From Bacillota bacterium (GTDB lineage Bacteria > Bacillota > Dethiobacteria > DTU022 > UBA8154), in assembly GCA_012520035.1 (NCBI GenBank), contig JAAYOY010000233.1, positions 1 to 58,424 on the forward strand: a stretch of 58,424 nt of DNA, read 5' to 3'. Below are positions 19,380-29,084 of the stretch, one piece after another. The notes beneath the pieces were generated by a model. That model was not told the origin of the DNA. It made no database searches and saw only the letters and a program-made list of their open reading frames with translations. Both the position numbers and the translations under genes were made by a program. Position 1 is the stretch's first letter; every line of letters starts with the position of its first letter.

Positions 19380-20761
19380 GCCTGGTAGACAGTTTGCAGC
19401 TTGGAGAAAGAGAAATAGTAGCAGTATATGGAGCAGGCGGTAAAACCTCGCTGCTTTACCGCCTTTCCCGCGAATTGTCAGGATTAAAGAAGAAAGTAAT
19501 CTTGACGACAACGACCAAGATTTATAAGCCCGGTAAGATACCTTGTGTTATCTGCTCCGAATTGAGGGAAGCTCTGGTGGAATTGCGGCGGGAACTCCTT
19601 ACAAATGATCTGGTAGCGCTCGGCAGTTCTCTTTTACCGGATAACAAGCTAACAGGGATCGATCCATCATGGGTTGAGGAGATATACTCTTGCGGGGCAG
19701 CCTCCTATATTCTTGTTGAAGCTGATGGCGCTGCAGGAAAACCGGTAAAAGGCTACGCCCCTTATGAACCTGTTTTGCCTTCGGTTTCAACGCTCATCAT
19801 TTCCCTTCTGGGTCTGGATGCGCTGGGGCTGTTTCCGGATTCAAGGTTTGTCCATAGGCCGGAACTGCTCTTAAAGATAACGGGATCGGCACCCGGGGAG
19901 CGGCTTACTGGAGAACACCTGCTCCGGTATTTAAAATACATGATCGAACTGGGCAGTGATATGTCGCCGGCCGCGCGCATTATTCCCGTTGTAAATAAGG
20001 TGGATCTTTTCCGGGACAAGGAAATGCCTGAGATAATCATTGAAAGTGCTCTAACCGGCACTTTATTTGGGGAACCCGCCCTTGATCGAATATTATTTAC
20101 TTCTCTTAAGGAAGAGGCTGCAGTTAAGTATATCTTTGACCTGACCGGCCGCTTTTCCAGGCCTTTTATTACCTGTGTTGTTCTTGCCGCGGGTTCTTCC
20201 TGCCGAATGGGGGCTAATAAGCTTTCTTTGAAAATAAATGATCAGACGCTCCTGGATCTTTCTTTAAAAAATGTCCTTAAATCACAGGTAGATGAAGTGG
20301 TTCTGGTTATCAGGCCCGGATTTAGCTTTTCGCAGCATACCCTGGAAATTTTAAATGATCCGAGAATTAAGGTAGTGATCAATAATAATCACCTTGAGGG
20401 AATCGCTTCGTCTTTGAAAACCGGCATTGCCGCTTCTCATCCTCTGGCACAGGGCATTCTCTTTACGCTGGCCGATCAGCCCTTTATACCTCCTGAAGTG
20501 TATAATTTACTCATAAAGGAATATACTTCCCGCCTTAATTTGCTTACGTTCCCTTCGTATAAGGGCAAACGGGGCAATCCGGTACTCTTTGACCGGCGCA
20601 CCTGGGGGCAGCTTATGGGGCTGGAAGGGGATGAAGGCGGAAGGCAGATTATCTCCTCTATTCCGGACAGGGAAAAATGCCGTGTAGATACTGTATTTCC
20701 TGGAATACTTGTGGATATTGATACACCCCAGGATCTTCAAAACTACGCCAATGGTATATAA
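19367..20761 (+). CDS. Fusion protein: YqeC-like accessory P-loop domain plus MobA/MocA-like molybdenum-cofactor nucleotidyltransferase
   Basis: N-terminal half has VAVYGAGGKTSLLYRL and LTTTTKIY (YqeC-like). C-terminal half has VVLAAGSSCRMGANKL and LADQPFI (MobA-like NTP transferase). Overlaps the upstream regulator by 13 nt. Confidence 0.7.
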   Translation: MDPLSLVDSLQLGEREIVAVYGAGGKTSLLYRLSRELSGLKKKVILTTTTKIYKPGKIPCVICSELREALVELRRELLTNDLVALGSSLLPDNKLTGIDPSWVEEIYSCGAASYILVEADGAAGKPVKGYAPYEPVLPSVSTLIISLLGLDALGLFPDSRFVHRPELLLKITGSAPGERLTGEHLLRYLKYMIELGSDMSPAARIIPVVNKVDLFRDKEMPEIIIESALTGTLFGEPALDRILFTSLKEEAAVKYIFDLTGRFSRPFITCVVLAAGSSCRMGANKLSLKINDQTLLDLSLKNVLKSQVDEVVLVIRPGFSFSQHTLEILNDPRIKVVINNNHLEGIASSLKTGIAASHPLAQGILFTLADQPFIPPEVYNLLIKEYTSRLNLLTFPSYKGKRGNPVLFDRRTWGQLMGLEGDEGGRQIISSIPDREKCRVDTVFPGILVDIDTPQDLQNYANGI

Positions 20762-20773
20762 CGCTGGGAGAAA

Positions 20774-21001
20774 CTACTGCTCAATATCCCATTTCAGCCT
20801 GATTTCTTTTCCCGGTTGGAAGGCCGGATGAAGATAGTCGTTTAGATCACTGCTATTTAAGCGGACTATTTTCGCGCTGTTACCTGATGTTATTTCTACC
20901 TCAATAAATCCCCTGCTGAAAGGTATCTGGAAATAGACCGGCTTATGCCCTTCACTGCCCTTCATCACGATCTCCGGCGGTACCGGCGTGTAGAGTATCA
21001 T
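20774..21001 (-). CDS. ylzJ: YlzJ-like protein
   Basis: 75 aa, [12 protein letters not shown]... Sits immediately downstream of the tepA homologue, as in B. subtilis. Confidence 0.6.
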   Translation of the reverse strand: MILYTPVPPEIVMKGSEGHKPVYFQIPFSRGFIEVEITSGNSAKIVRLNSSDLNDYLHPAFQPGKEIRLKWDIEQ

Positions 21002-21755
21002 GATATTGCTTATCTCCTTCTTTTTTCTTGTTGATCATTTCTCTAAGTTTATTTACAGCTTTTGAAAGCCCTCCCACCTCGTTAATCAATCCAATATCTA
21101 CCGCTTCATGGCCAACCAGCACCGTCCCGATATCCCTTCCAAGCTGTCCGGTATTAAACATCAATTCCTTAAATTTTTCTTTTGATACTCTGGAATGACT
21201 GGAAACAAAATCGATTATTCTTTCCTGCATTTTGTCCAGGTATTCAAATACCTGGCTTACTCCAACAATCAAGCCCGTTAATCTGATTGGGTGAATGGTC
21301 ATGGTGGCAGTTTCGGCGATAAATGAGTAATTGCAACCGCAGGAAATTACTACGCCGATAGAATGCCCTCCTCCTAAAACCAGTGAAACGGTAGGTTTGG
21401 AGAGAGTGTTGATCATCTCGGCGATGGCCAACCCCGCTTCCACGTCACCGCCTACCGTGTTGAGGATAATTAAAGCTCCTTCAATTTTTGGATTTTGCTC
21501 TACCGCCACCAGCTGGGGTATAACATGCTCATATTTTGTCGTTTTATTTTGAGGAGGTAGTACCATATGCCCTTCTATCTGTCCGATGATCGTTAAGGTA
21601 AATATATCATTATCCGGCTTTGGCAGAGCAAGCTGACCTAATTGGGTAATTGTTTTACTTGAAGGTTCGTTTTCCTGTCCCTCCGCAGGTTGCTCCGGAT
21701 TATCGATTTCCGGTTCTACAGTATGTGAGCAGTACTCAGAGTCGAATATCTTCAA
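20952..21755 (-). CDS. tepA: ClpP-family protease-like protein TepA
   Basis: ClpP-like core [20 protein letters not shown] and LGGGHSIG. Pairs with ylzJ near rnj and ftsK as in B. subtilis. Confidence 0.8.
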   Translation of the reverse strand: MKIFDSEYCSHTVEPEIDNPEQPAEGQENEPSSKTITQLGQLALPKPDNDIFTLTIIGQIEGHMVLPPQNKTTKYEHVIPQLVAVEQNPKIEGALIILNTVGGDVEAGLAIAEMINTLSKPTVSLVLGGGHSIGVVISCGCNYSFIAETATMTIHPIRLTGLIVGVSQVFEYLDKMQERIIDFVSSHSRVSKEKFKELMFNTGQLGRDIGTVLVGHEAVDIGLINEVGGLSKAVNKLREMINKKKEGDKQYHDTLHAGTAGDRDEGQ

Positions 21756-21887
21756 AGTTATCGCTCCTTTCGCACTATAATTTTCCCCAAAAAGACTTTT
21801 ATTATCAGATGCCGGCTGTCCTTTTTTATGGAATAATTATGTTCTATTTATCCTCTTCTTTAATAAAATCAAAAGAGGAGGTTAACA

Positions 21888-22841
21888 TTGATCGTTATTA
21901 CTGCTGCCGCCAAATTTATCCTGGCAATTGCCCTGCTTCTGGGAGGTATTAGAAGTGTAAGTATTAGCCTGCGCCAGATTACAGGAGGGATGCTTCACGA
22001 TCTGCTAAAAACTTATACTTCCACACCGTTCAAAGGTTTCTTACTGGGTGTAATTGCCACAGTTTTTTTACAAAGCAGCAGTATCGTTACTGTGATGGTC
22101 GTTGGTTTTATCAACGGGGGGGTTTTAAGTTTAACACAGGGACTTGCTATAGTTCTCGGTGCAAACCTGGGAACGACCGTTACCTCACAGTTTTTTTCGC
22201 TGGAAGCCGGAAATTTGATTTTCCCCCTTATTATCGCCGGAGTGTCTGCTTACTTCTTGGAGCTTGTTTTGAGGAGAAATTTTGGGGGCAAGGTGCTATT
22301 GGGCATAGCGGTGGTTTTAAGTGGAATTGAGCTTATGATTCTTGCCATGGAGCCGTTATCCGCTACTATGTTTTATCAAAAGCTGTATATATTCAGCAAA
22401 GGGGCTCCATGGAAAGGCATAATCACCGGAGCGCTTGTGGCAGCAATTTTGCAGAGCAGCAGTGTTACAATTGGTATGGTTGTAGTGCTATGCAGAGAAA
22501 ATTTGTTAACCCTGCCGGAAGCTCTGGCTATAATCCTCGGAGCTGATCTGGGGACATGTACAACATCAATGCTTGCCTCCTATGGCACTATTTTACCCGC
22601 GAGGCAGGTAGCCTGGGGCCACCTTTTTTTTAACATGGCCTCCCTGGTGATTGTATTGCCTTTTTGGCAGTATTTCCTATGGTTTATCAGCATCACAGCA
22701 GATGATTTTGCACGGCAAGTTGCCAATGCACATGCTCTGTATAACCTGGTGGGTGTAATTGTGTTTCTTCCTCTTGTTGACAAATACGCCTCTTTGTTGG
22801 AATATATAATAACAGGAACACAAAGAGATAAGTTCTATTAA
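21888..22841 (+). CDS. Na/Pi cotransporter family protein
   Basis: Duplicated motif LQSSS..T.M....(LGANLGTTVT / LGADLGTCTT). Polytopic. TTG start after GAGGAGG. Confidence 0.8.
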   Translation: MIVITAAAKFILAIALLLGGIRSVSISLRQITGGMLHDLLKTYTSTPFKGFLLGVIATVFLQSSSIVTVMVVGFINGGVLSLTQGLAIVLGANLGTTVTSQFFSLEAGNLIFPLIIAGVSAYFLELVLRRNFGGKVLLGIAVVLSGIELMILAMEPLSATMFYQKLYIFSKGAPWKGIITGALVAAILQSSSVTIGMVVVLCRENLLTLPEALAIILGADLGTCTTSMLASYGTILPARQVAWGHLFFNMASLVIVLPFWQYFLWFISITADDFARQVANAHALYNLVGVIVFLPLVDKYASLLEYIITGTQRDKFY

Positions 22842-22875
22842 ATTTTGGCAATAATAAACGCTGGAGGTATTTTAA

Positions 22876-23664
22876 ATGGGAGCTTTGGAGGCGATCTTAC
22901 TTGGTTTATTGCAGGGACTTACTGAATTTTTACCTGTCAGCAGTTCAGGCCACCTGGTTGTAGCCCAGCATTTTCTGGGTATAACATTACCGGGGGTTAC
23001 TTTTGAAGTGATGGTTCATTTTGGGACCTTATTGTCTATCGTCTGGGTATTTCGGAAGGACCTTTATCACCTGTTAACGCATTTCACTGATCAAATGGAA
23101 GAAAAAAAGCTTTTGATATTATTAATTATCGGAACGATACCGACAGGCCTTATGGGGTTATTTTTTAGTTCTTTTTTTCGTGAAATATTTGACAAGCCCC
23201 TTATCGCAGGTTTGATGCTGCTGATAACCGGATTTATAATAATCGCAATACAGAAAATTAATGTTGGAAACAAAGGAATTAAAGAAATGAGCCCCTGGGA
23301 TGCAGTGCTTGTCGGTGTGTTTCAAGGAATAGCCATTATCCCCGGCATAACCAGGTCCGGTTCTACGATTCTGGGCGCCCTCTGGAGGGGATTAAAGAGA
23401 GAGGAAGCGATCCGGTTTTCTTTTTTGCTTGCGCTGCCTGCTATCGCCGGGGCATCGTTTTTGGAACTAATGGACTTGTACAAAAGTGGTGATTTGGTGA
23501 ACGGTTTTTTATCCTACACTTTTTGGGGAGCATTAACAGCTTTTTTATCCGGGATTTTTGCTATTAATGTTTTTATTAAGCTGCTAATGAAAGAAAAATT
23601 CTATTACCTGGCTTATTATTGCTGGCTTGCAGGCATTTTAACCCTTTTATTTGCCGGCTCATAA
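22876..23664 (+). CDS. uppP: Undecaprenyl-diphosphate phosphatase
   Basis: GLTEFLPVSSSGHL and PGITRSGSTI motifs. 262-aa polytopic protein. Confidence 0.93.
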   Translation: MGALEAILLGLLQGLTEFLPVSSSGHLVVAQHFLGITLPGVTFEVMVHFGTLLSIVWVFRKDLYHLLTHFTDQMEEKKLLILLIIGTIPTGLMGLFFSSFFREIFDKPLIAGLMLLITGFIIIAIQKINVGNKGIKEMSPWDAVLVGVFQGIAIIPGITRSGSTILGALWRGLKREEAIRFSFLLALPAIAGASFLELMDLYKSGDLVNGFLSYTFWGALTAFLSGIFAINVFIKLLMKEKFYYLAYYCWLAGILTLLFAGS

Positions 23665-23764
23665 AGAATTTAGCAGCTGCAGTTAAAGGGATTACTGAAA
23701 AAATGTCGAAATTTTAATACGAGAGTATGTCTGAAAATCTATTTAGATAGGATAGAAGCAATTT

Positions 23765-26143
23765 ATGGCCTCGAAAAAAAAAGTAAATCAAAAAAAACTG
23801 AAAAAAACATTTCCTTTTAAGAACGAATTCATAAATAGGCAGATTACGTCGGTAATTATGATGGCTTTGGCAGTCTTTCTATTTGCCGGGATACAATTTA
23901 CTGCACAAACCGGCTATCTTGGCCTTTTACTAAATAATATCTTGAGAACTTTATTAGGGGATGCGGCACTTGCGCTTCCATTCTTATTTGCTGCCATTGC
24001 TCTAACCCGCCTCTGGCCGCTGGAAATTGAAAATATTCAATACCGTTTTTTGGGACTGGCTATTCTTTTTTTGCTCTTGACGATTACATTGCATTTAACA
24101 TTGTCTTTAGAAGAACTGGCAGCCCTTGCCAAAGGGAATATTTATACCTCCATGATTTATCTTGGTCTGCAACAACAGGGTGGAGGACTACTGGGGGCCG
24201 TATTAACCGTAATTCTTTTTTTCTTATTTAAGGATATAGGCAGTTATATTATAATTGTTGCTCTTGGTATACTTGCCTTGCTGCTGATCACCAATAGCTC
24301 TATAGTAGAAATTTTTTCCGGCTTTTTTAAGTACAGCAGTGTTATCCTTTCTTTTTCTGGCCGTTTGGGTAAAAATATTATTGGATTTTTCCCCCAGGGA
24401 GAAAAAATCGCCGGCTCTTCTTCCAGTAAAAAATACCCGGTAAAGAAATATGATGACTATGTAACGATCCCCTCAGTTGAAGAGAAAGAAGAAAATGCAG
24501 GAGGATTTTTGGAAAAAAAATATAATAACTTCAATAATGAGGCAATACAGCAAACAATACTCACAGCGGAAGAAGTATTATCCGAAGACGTTCCGGCTGA
24601 AGGCGTTGAAGCAAACGGTTCCCTGAATAACCTTATCGGGGAAAATAAAACGCTGGAAGATTATAAGATACCTCCCCTGAACCTTTTGGTAAAAGTAAAC
24701 AAGCTGCGCGATTATCAGCAGCAGAAAGTAATTCAGGAGAGGGCGAAATCTTTAGAGAGTACTTTTGATAGTTTTGGTGTAAACGTAAAAATAAAAGAGA
24801 TTCAAGCAGGTCCGGCGGTTACACGTTTTGAGATACAGCCTGAGACCGGGGTAAAAGTGAGTAAGATACTCAGCCTTAGTGACGACCTTGCTTTAAATCT
24901 GGCGGCTCCCGATGTACGCATTGAGGCACCAATACCCGGCAAAGCAGCAATTGGAATTGAGGTTCCCAATAAAATTATTTCGCTTGTTTATCTTAGAGAT
25001 GTGCTGGAAGATCCTTTTTTTTATAGTTCCGCTTCTCCGCTAACCGTTGGTCTGGGAAAGGATATCGCCGGCTCTGCCGTTTTTGCCGACCTTCTAAAAA
25101 TGCCGCATCTTTTAATTGCCGGTTCAACAGGTTCGGGTAAAAGTGTGTGTATAAATGCGCTTATTTCCAGTATTCTTTTTAAAGCGACCCCCTGGGAAGT
25201 AAAATTATTGCTTATTGATCCCAAACTGGTAGAGCTTAGTATATATAACGGCATTCCGCATTTAATTTCGCCGGTAATTACAGAACCCAAAAAAGCATCC
25301 ATGGCCCTACGCAGTATGGTAAAGGAAATGGAGAGAAGATATGACCTTTTTGCCCGGCAGGGTGTTCGCGATATAAGCCGTTACAATGAACTGCTCAGAA
25401 GTAGTGTTAAAAGAGAAAACAGCTCTATTCCTGAAGATTGCAGGGCTGAGGAACTTCTGCCTTATATAGTTGTTGTTATCGATGAACTGGCCGATTTGAT
25501 GATGGTGGCTCCGGCCGAGGTTGAAGATTCCATTGTAAGGTTATCCCAGATGTCCAGAGCCGCGGGGATACATCTGGTAATTGCAACCCAGCGGCCCTCT
25601 GTTGATATTATCACCGGATTGATAAAAGCCAATATCACATCACGCATTGCCTTTGCAGTGTCCTCCCAGATAGATTCACGGACGATCTTGGACCTGGGAG
25701 GGGCTGAAAAGCTTCTGGGAAGGGGCGATATGCTCTATTACCCTATTGGTGTTCATAAGCCCCTGCGGGTTCAGGGAGCATACATAAGTGAAAGGGATAT
25801 TATCAAATTAGTGGAATATATCAGGCAACAGGAAAGCCCCCTCTATCAGCAATCATTTTTTACAGAAGAGGTTAGCGAAGTAAATATTAAGGAAGAAAAA
25901 AATGATCCCCTGTTACCTGAAGCGGTGGAACTTGTTTTACAGACGGGACATGCTTCTATATCCCTGATTCAAAGAAGGTTCAGAGTCGGCTATGCTAGGG
26001 CGGCGAGACTTGTGGATGATTTGGAACGGTTGGGTGTAGTGGGAAAATTTGAAGGTAGTAAACCCCGAAAAGTATTAATGAATATGGAACAGGCTGCTGT
26101 ACTTTTAAAAGATATAGTAAACAAATCGGATAACGATGAGTAA
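23765..26143 (+). CDS. ftsK: DNA translocase FtsK/SpoIIIE
   Basis: N-terminal TM segments. Walker A GSTGSGKS, Walker B VVVIDELADL, and C-terminal gamma wHTH SISLIQRRFRVGYARAARLVDDLE. Confidence 0.95.
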   Translation: MASKKKVNQKKLKKTFPFKNEFINRQITSVIMMALAVFLFAGIQFTAQTGYLGLLLNNILRTLLGDAALALPFLFAAIALTRLWPLEIENIQYRFLGLAILFLLLTITLHLTLSLEELAALAKGNIYTSMIYLGLQQQGGGLLGAVLTVILFFLFKDIGSYIIIVALGILALLLITNSSIVEIFSGFFKYSSVILSFSGRLGKNIIGFFPQGEKIAGSSSSKKYPVKKYDDYVTIPSVEEKEENAGGFLEKKYNNFNNEAIQQTILTAEEVLSEDVPAEGVEANGSLNNLIGENKTLEDYKIPPLNLLVKVNKLRDYQQQKVIQERAKSLESTFDSFGVNVKIKEIQAGPAVTRFEIQPETGVKVSKILSLSDDLALNLAAPDVRIEAPIPGKAAIGIEVPNKIISLVYLRDVLEDPFFYSSASPLTVGLGKDIAGSAVFADLLKMPHLLIAGSTGSGKSVCINALISSILFKATPWEVKLLLIDPKLVELSIYNGIPHLISPVITEPKKASMALRSMVKEMERRYDLFARQGVRDISRYNELLRSSVKRENSSIPEDCRAEELLPYIVVVIDELADLMMVAPAEVEDSIVRLSQMSRAAGIHLVIATQRPSVDIITGLIKANITSRIAFAVSSQIDSRTILDLGGAEKLLGRGDMLYYPIGVHKPLRVQGAYISERDIIKLVEYIRQQESPLYQQSFFTEEVSEVNIKEEKNDPLLPEAVELVLQTGHASISLIQRRFRVGYARAARLVDDLERLGVVGKFEGSKPRKVLMNMEQAAVLLKDIVNKSDNDE

Positions 26144-26179
26144 GCATTTTTAATATTTTTGGAAGAAAGGGGGGAAATC

Positions 26180-27025
26180 TTGAAAGAAATAGGTGATTTT
26201 TTAAAAAGTGCCCGCGAAGAAAAAGGAATTAGCCTGGATGAAATAAGCAACGCGACAAAAATTCCCAAAAGGCACCTCAGTTCCCTGGAGGAAGGGAATT
26301 TTTCTTGCTTTTCCGGAGAGGTGTATCTTAGAGGTGCGTTAAAAAATTATGCAGAAGTGGTAGGACTCAATCCCAGGGAAATTATCTCCGGTTATGAGCT
26401 ATTGCTTAAAAAGAAAAAAACTATAGAAAACGGAAAAAGAGATGGAAAAAAGCAAAAAAAACAGGAGTTGAAAGAAGATCATAAACCGGTGGTTTTCAGG
26501 AATAGGAGAAAACCCCTGCCGCTGGCCGCTTTAATCTGGATTTTTTTACTGGTGATTGTTGTTGGGGGAAGCCTCTGGTATTTTTTTCAACAGCCACCGG
26601 GCGAAAATACCGGGCCACCATATACCGGTGAGCCTGCTCCAGAAGAAAACGGTATGAAAGAAAATAACGGTATGAAGGAAAATAACGGTTTTGTTGTGTC
26701 AGAAGAAGCCCCCCTCTGGGAACCGAAGATAACTATCGTTAATTCCGATAGCAATGAGACGGTTTACCTGTTAAGCGGAGTGGAACAAAAGCAGATTATC
26801 ATGAATTTTTCCGGGAGATGCTGGGTCAGGATAGAACAGGAAGGTACTCTTGTTGAGGAGGCTAATTACGCAAACGGTGACAGCAGACAACTGGGTGATG
26901 CCCTGGAAACCCGCATACGCCTGGGTTATCCTGCGGCGGTGGATATCAGGGTGAACGGTATTGAACTTGAAGGCCTGGCAGGTGTAGGCAATCCCATTAA
27001 TATTATTATCAGGAAAGAAAATTGA
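26180..27025 (+). CDS. rodZ: RodZ-like cytoskeleton protein (XRE HTH - TM - DUF4115-like C-domain)
   Basis: MKEIGDFLKSAREEKGISLDEISNATKI HTH, TM segment LAALIWIFLLVIVVGGSLWYFF, and a beta-rich C-domain. TTG 26180 follows AAGGGGGG; the ORF opens at 26159. Confidence 0.75.
   Translation: MKEIGDFLKSAREEKGISLDEISNATKIPKRHLSSLEEGNFSCFSGEVYLRGALKNYAEVVGLNPREIISGYELLLKKKKTIENGKRDGKKQKKQELKEDHKPVVFRNRRKPLPLAALIWIFLLVIVVGGSLWYFFQQPPGENTGPPYTGEPAPEENGMKENNGMKENNGFVVSEEAPLWEPKITIVNSDSNETVYLLSGVEQKQIIMNFSGRCWVRIEQEGTLVEEANYANGDSRQLGDALETRIRLGYPAAVDIRVNGIELEGLAGVGNPINIIIRKEN
26648..26689 (+). repeat. 18-bp in-frame tandem repeat (2.3 copies) in the rodZ linker
   Basis: AACGGTATGAAAGAAAAT / AACGGTATGAAGGAAAAT / AACGGT encodes NGMKEN NGMKEN NG. 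Confidence 0.9.
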
Positions 27026-27068
27026 TGCAAGATTAATATTCCATTTTGGAGGATAATAGCCAAGTAAA

Positions 27069-28400
27069 ATGCTCAAAAAAACTTTTGCTTTTATCTCCTT
27101 GGGTTGCGCAAAAAATTTGGTAGATTCGGAGGAGATTATAGGAAGCCTTCAAAGTGCTGGCTTTCAGTTGAAACAGGATATCAAGAAGGCCTCCTTTGCC
27201 ATTATCAATACATGTGCTTTTTTGAAAGAGGCGCGTTCGGAAGCGCTAAAGACCCTTAAGGAGGTTGCACTGGTTAAAAAAAACCCAAAAAGCCAACTGA
27301 AAAAGATCGCGGTCATTGGGTGCCTGGCCCAGTATTACAATGAAGCCCAGATAAAAAAGCTTGTTCCTGAAATAGATTTAGCTGTGACTATTGACAATTA
27401 CCATGCTATCCCCGATCTCTTGGAAAGGATGGTTTCTCCCCGGGCTGACATCAAGGAGGTTGAGCGTGTTAAAAGGCGCTTTTTAAGTGGCTCTCCTCAT
27501 AGCGTCTATATTAAAATTGCTGAAGGGTGTAATAATAGATGTTCATATTGTTTGATCCCGTCTTTGAGGGGCAGGTTGCGCAGCAGGTCGATGGGAGATA
27601 TCCTGGATGAGGTTAAGGCAGTTCAAAAGCTGGGAACCAGGGAAATTTGCTTGATTGCCCAGGATACCACCGCTTATGGACTGGATTACTACGGAAAAGG
27701 TATGATCGTTGAATTATTAAAGCGCCTGTCTGCTGTAAAGGGCATTTACTGGATCAGGCTCCTGTATGCTCATCCGGCGCGGGTAACGAAAGATTTATTA
27801 AATACTATTAAAGAGGAACCCAGGATTTGTAAATACATTGATCTTCCTATCCAACATATCAGCGATAAGATTCTCCGACGGATGGGAAGGATGTCGGGTA
27901 AAGAAAAGATTGTCTCCCTTTATAATGACATACGTGATCTGATACCGGATGTCACCTTGCGGACAACGGTAATGACCGGTTATCCAGGTGAGGGGGAGAG
28001 GGAATTTAATGAGCTCCTTAATTTTTTAAAAGAGTATCCTTTCGAGAGACTCGGAATATTTCCTTTTTCACCCGAAAGGGGAACGCGGGCTTTTAAACAG
28101 GGACACCGGGTTAAAACTGAAGTAATCAATCAACGGTTGGAAAAACTTCTGGAACAACAGAAAGATATTTCCAGGGAATTTAACAGGAGCTTACTGGGAA
28201 AAAGGGTAGAGGTCATGGTTGATTTCCCTCACCCCGAAAGGAATAACGCTTACGGAAGGCTGGTTTCTCAGGCCCCTGAGGTTGATGGAAAGGTTGTAAT
28301 AACCGGAGTATCAAGAGTTCATCCGGGAGATTTTTTACCAGTAAAAATTAGTGGAGTGGGAACGTTTGATTTGCTGGGAAGTAATCTAGATGGGAAGTAA
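27069..28400 (+). CDS. rimO: Ribosomal protein S12 methylthiotransferase
   Basis: N-terminus ISLGCAKNLVDSE, radical-SAM CNNRCSYC, C-terminal TRAM domain. Confidence 0.88.
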   Translation: MLKKTFAFISLGCAKNLVDSEEIIGSLQSAGFQLKQDIKKASFAIINTCAFLKEARSEALKTLKEVALVKKNPKSQLKKIAVIGCLAQYYNEAQIKKLVPEIDLAVTIDNYHAIPDLLERMVSPRADIKEVERVKRRFLSGSPHSVYIKIAEGCNNRCSYCLIPSLRGRLRSRSMGDILDEVKAVQKLGTREICLIAQDTTAYGLDYYGKGMIVELLKRLSAVKGIYWIRLLYAHPARVTKDLLNTIKEEPRICKYIDLPIQHISDKILRRMGRMSGKEKIVSLYNDIRDLIPDVTLRTTVMTGYPGEGEREFNELLNFLKEYPFERLGIFPFSPERGTRAFKQGHRVKTEVINQRLEKLLEQQKDISREFNRSLLGKRVEVMVDFPHPERNNAYGRLVSQAPEVDGKVVITGVSRVHPGDFLPVKISGVGTFDLLGSNLDGK

Positions 28401-28444
28401 TCCCCGTTCCGCACTAATAAAACCCGATCAGCGCTAATTCCTAA

Positions 28445-28473
28445 AAAACCCTTCTTACGAGAAGGGTTTTTTA
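28445..28473 (+). terminator. Rho-independent terminator after rimO
   Basis: Stem AAAACCCTTCT / AGAAGGGTTTT, loop TACG, then a T-run. Confidence 0.8.
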
Positions 28474-28494
28474 ATTCCCATAGGCTTAATTATT

Positions 28495-28503
28495 TGTTAT
28501 AAT
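28495..28503 (+). promoter_or_regulatory. Extended -10 promoter element (TGtTATAAT)
   Basis: TGTTATAAT at 28495-28503, about 36 nt upstream of the next ORF. No good -35. Confidence 0.4.
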
Positions 28504-28527
28504 ATATTATGTAAATATATTATGTAA
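28502..28527 (+). repeat. Perfect 13-bp tandem direct repeat
   Basis: ATATATTATGTAA occurs twice (28502-28514 and 28515-28527), overlapping or just downstream of the -10 element. Confidence 0.9.
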
Positions 28528-28538
28528 ACTGAAAAGCG

Positions 28539-29084
28539 GTGGTTGAGTTGAAAATTAATTTAAGATGGCCCATTGTATTGCTTGCGCTGGTGCTTACCGT
28601 TTCAGGCATATATGGGGTAAACTACTGGCGCCAGCAGCGTTTAATCGATGAGCCCTTAAAAGAATCCCTTTTAAAGGTTGACGGGGTAGAAAATGTTAAC
28701 ATAACCAATACAAATAAGAATAGCGAGATCTCGATCTCTCTTCAGGAAGTGAAGGACCTTTCCAAAACTTACAGAGAGATAGAAGGAATTTTGGATTTAA
28801 CTTATAAGCAGGGCTCATATCAGGTTACTATTTTGGATAAAAGGGACCCTTATTTGGAATCGCTTTATGAAAAGGTTCATTATGCTTTAATGGAAGGTGA
28901 AAGAAGGGGCAATTACAGTTATATGAACAAAGAGATTTCCCTGCTGCTTAGCGATGAAAAAGGCCTGGTAAATTATCATCTCTGGGTAGATCAGGAAAGA
29001 ATATACCTGCAGCTTTTTTCAGAGGAAAATTATTTGTATGAAGTAATCCCCATTAATATGTCACGGAGGTTGGCAGATGCTTAA
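28539..29084 (+). CDS. Hypothetical single-pass membrane protein
   Basis: 181 aa with N-terminal TM WPIVLLALVLTVSGIYGV. No recognisable motif. Overlaps the next gene by 8 nt. The start is uncertain (GTG 28539 or TTG 28548). Confidence 0.55.
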   Translation: MVELKINLRWPIVLLALVLTVSGIYGVNYWRQQRLIDEPLKESLLKVDGVENVNITNTNKNSEISISLQEVKDLSKTYREIEGILDLTYKQGSYQVTILDKRDPYLESLYEKVHYALMEGERRGNYSYMNKEISLLLSDEKGLVNYHLWVDQERIYLQLFSEENYLYEVIPINMSRRLADA

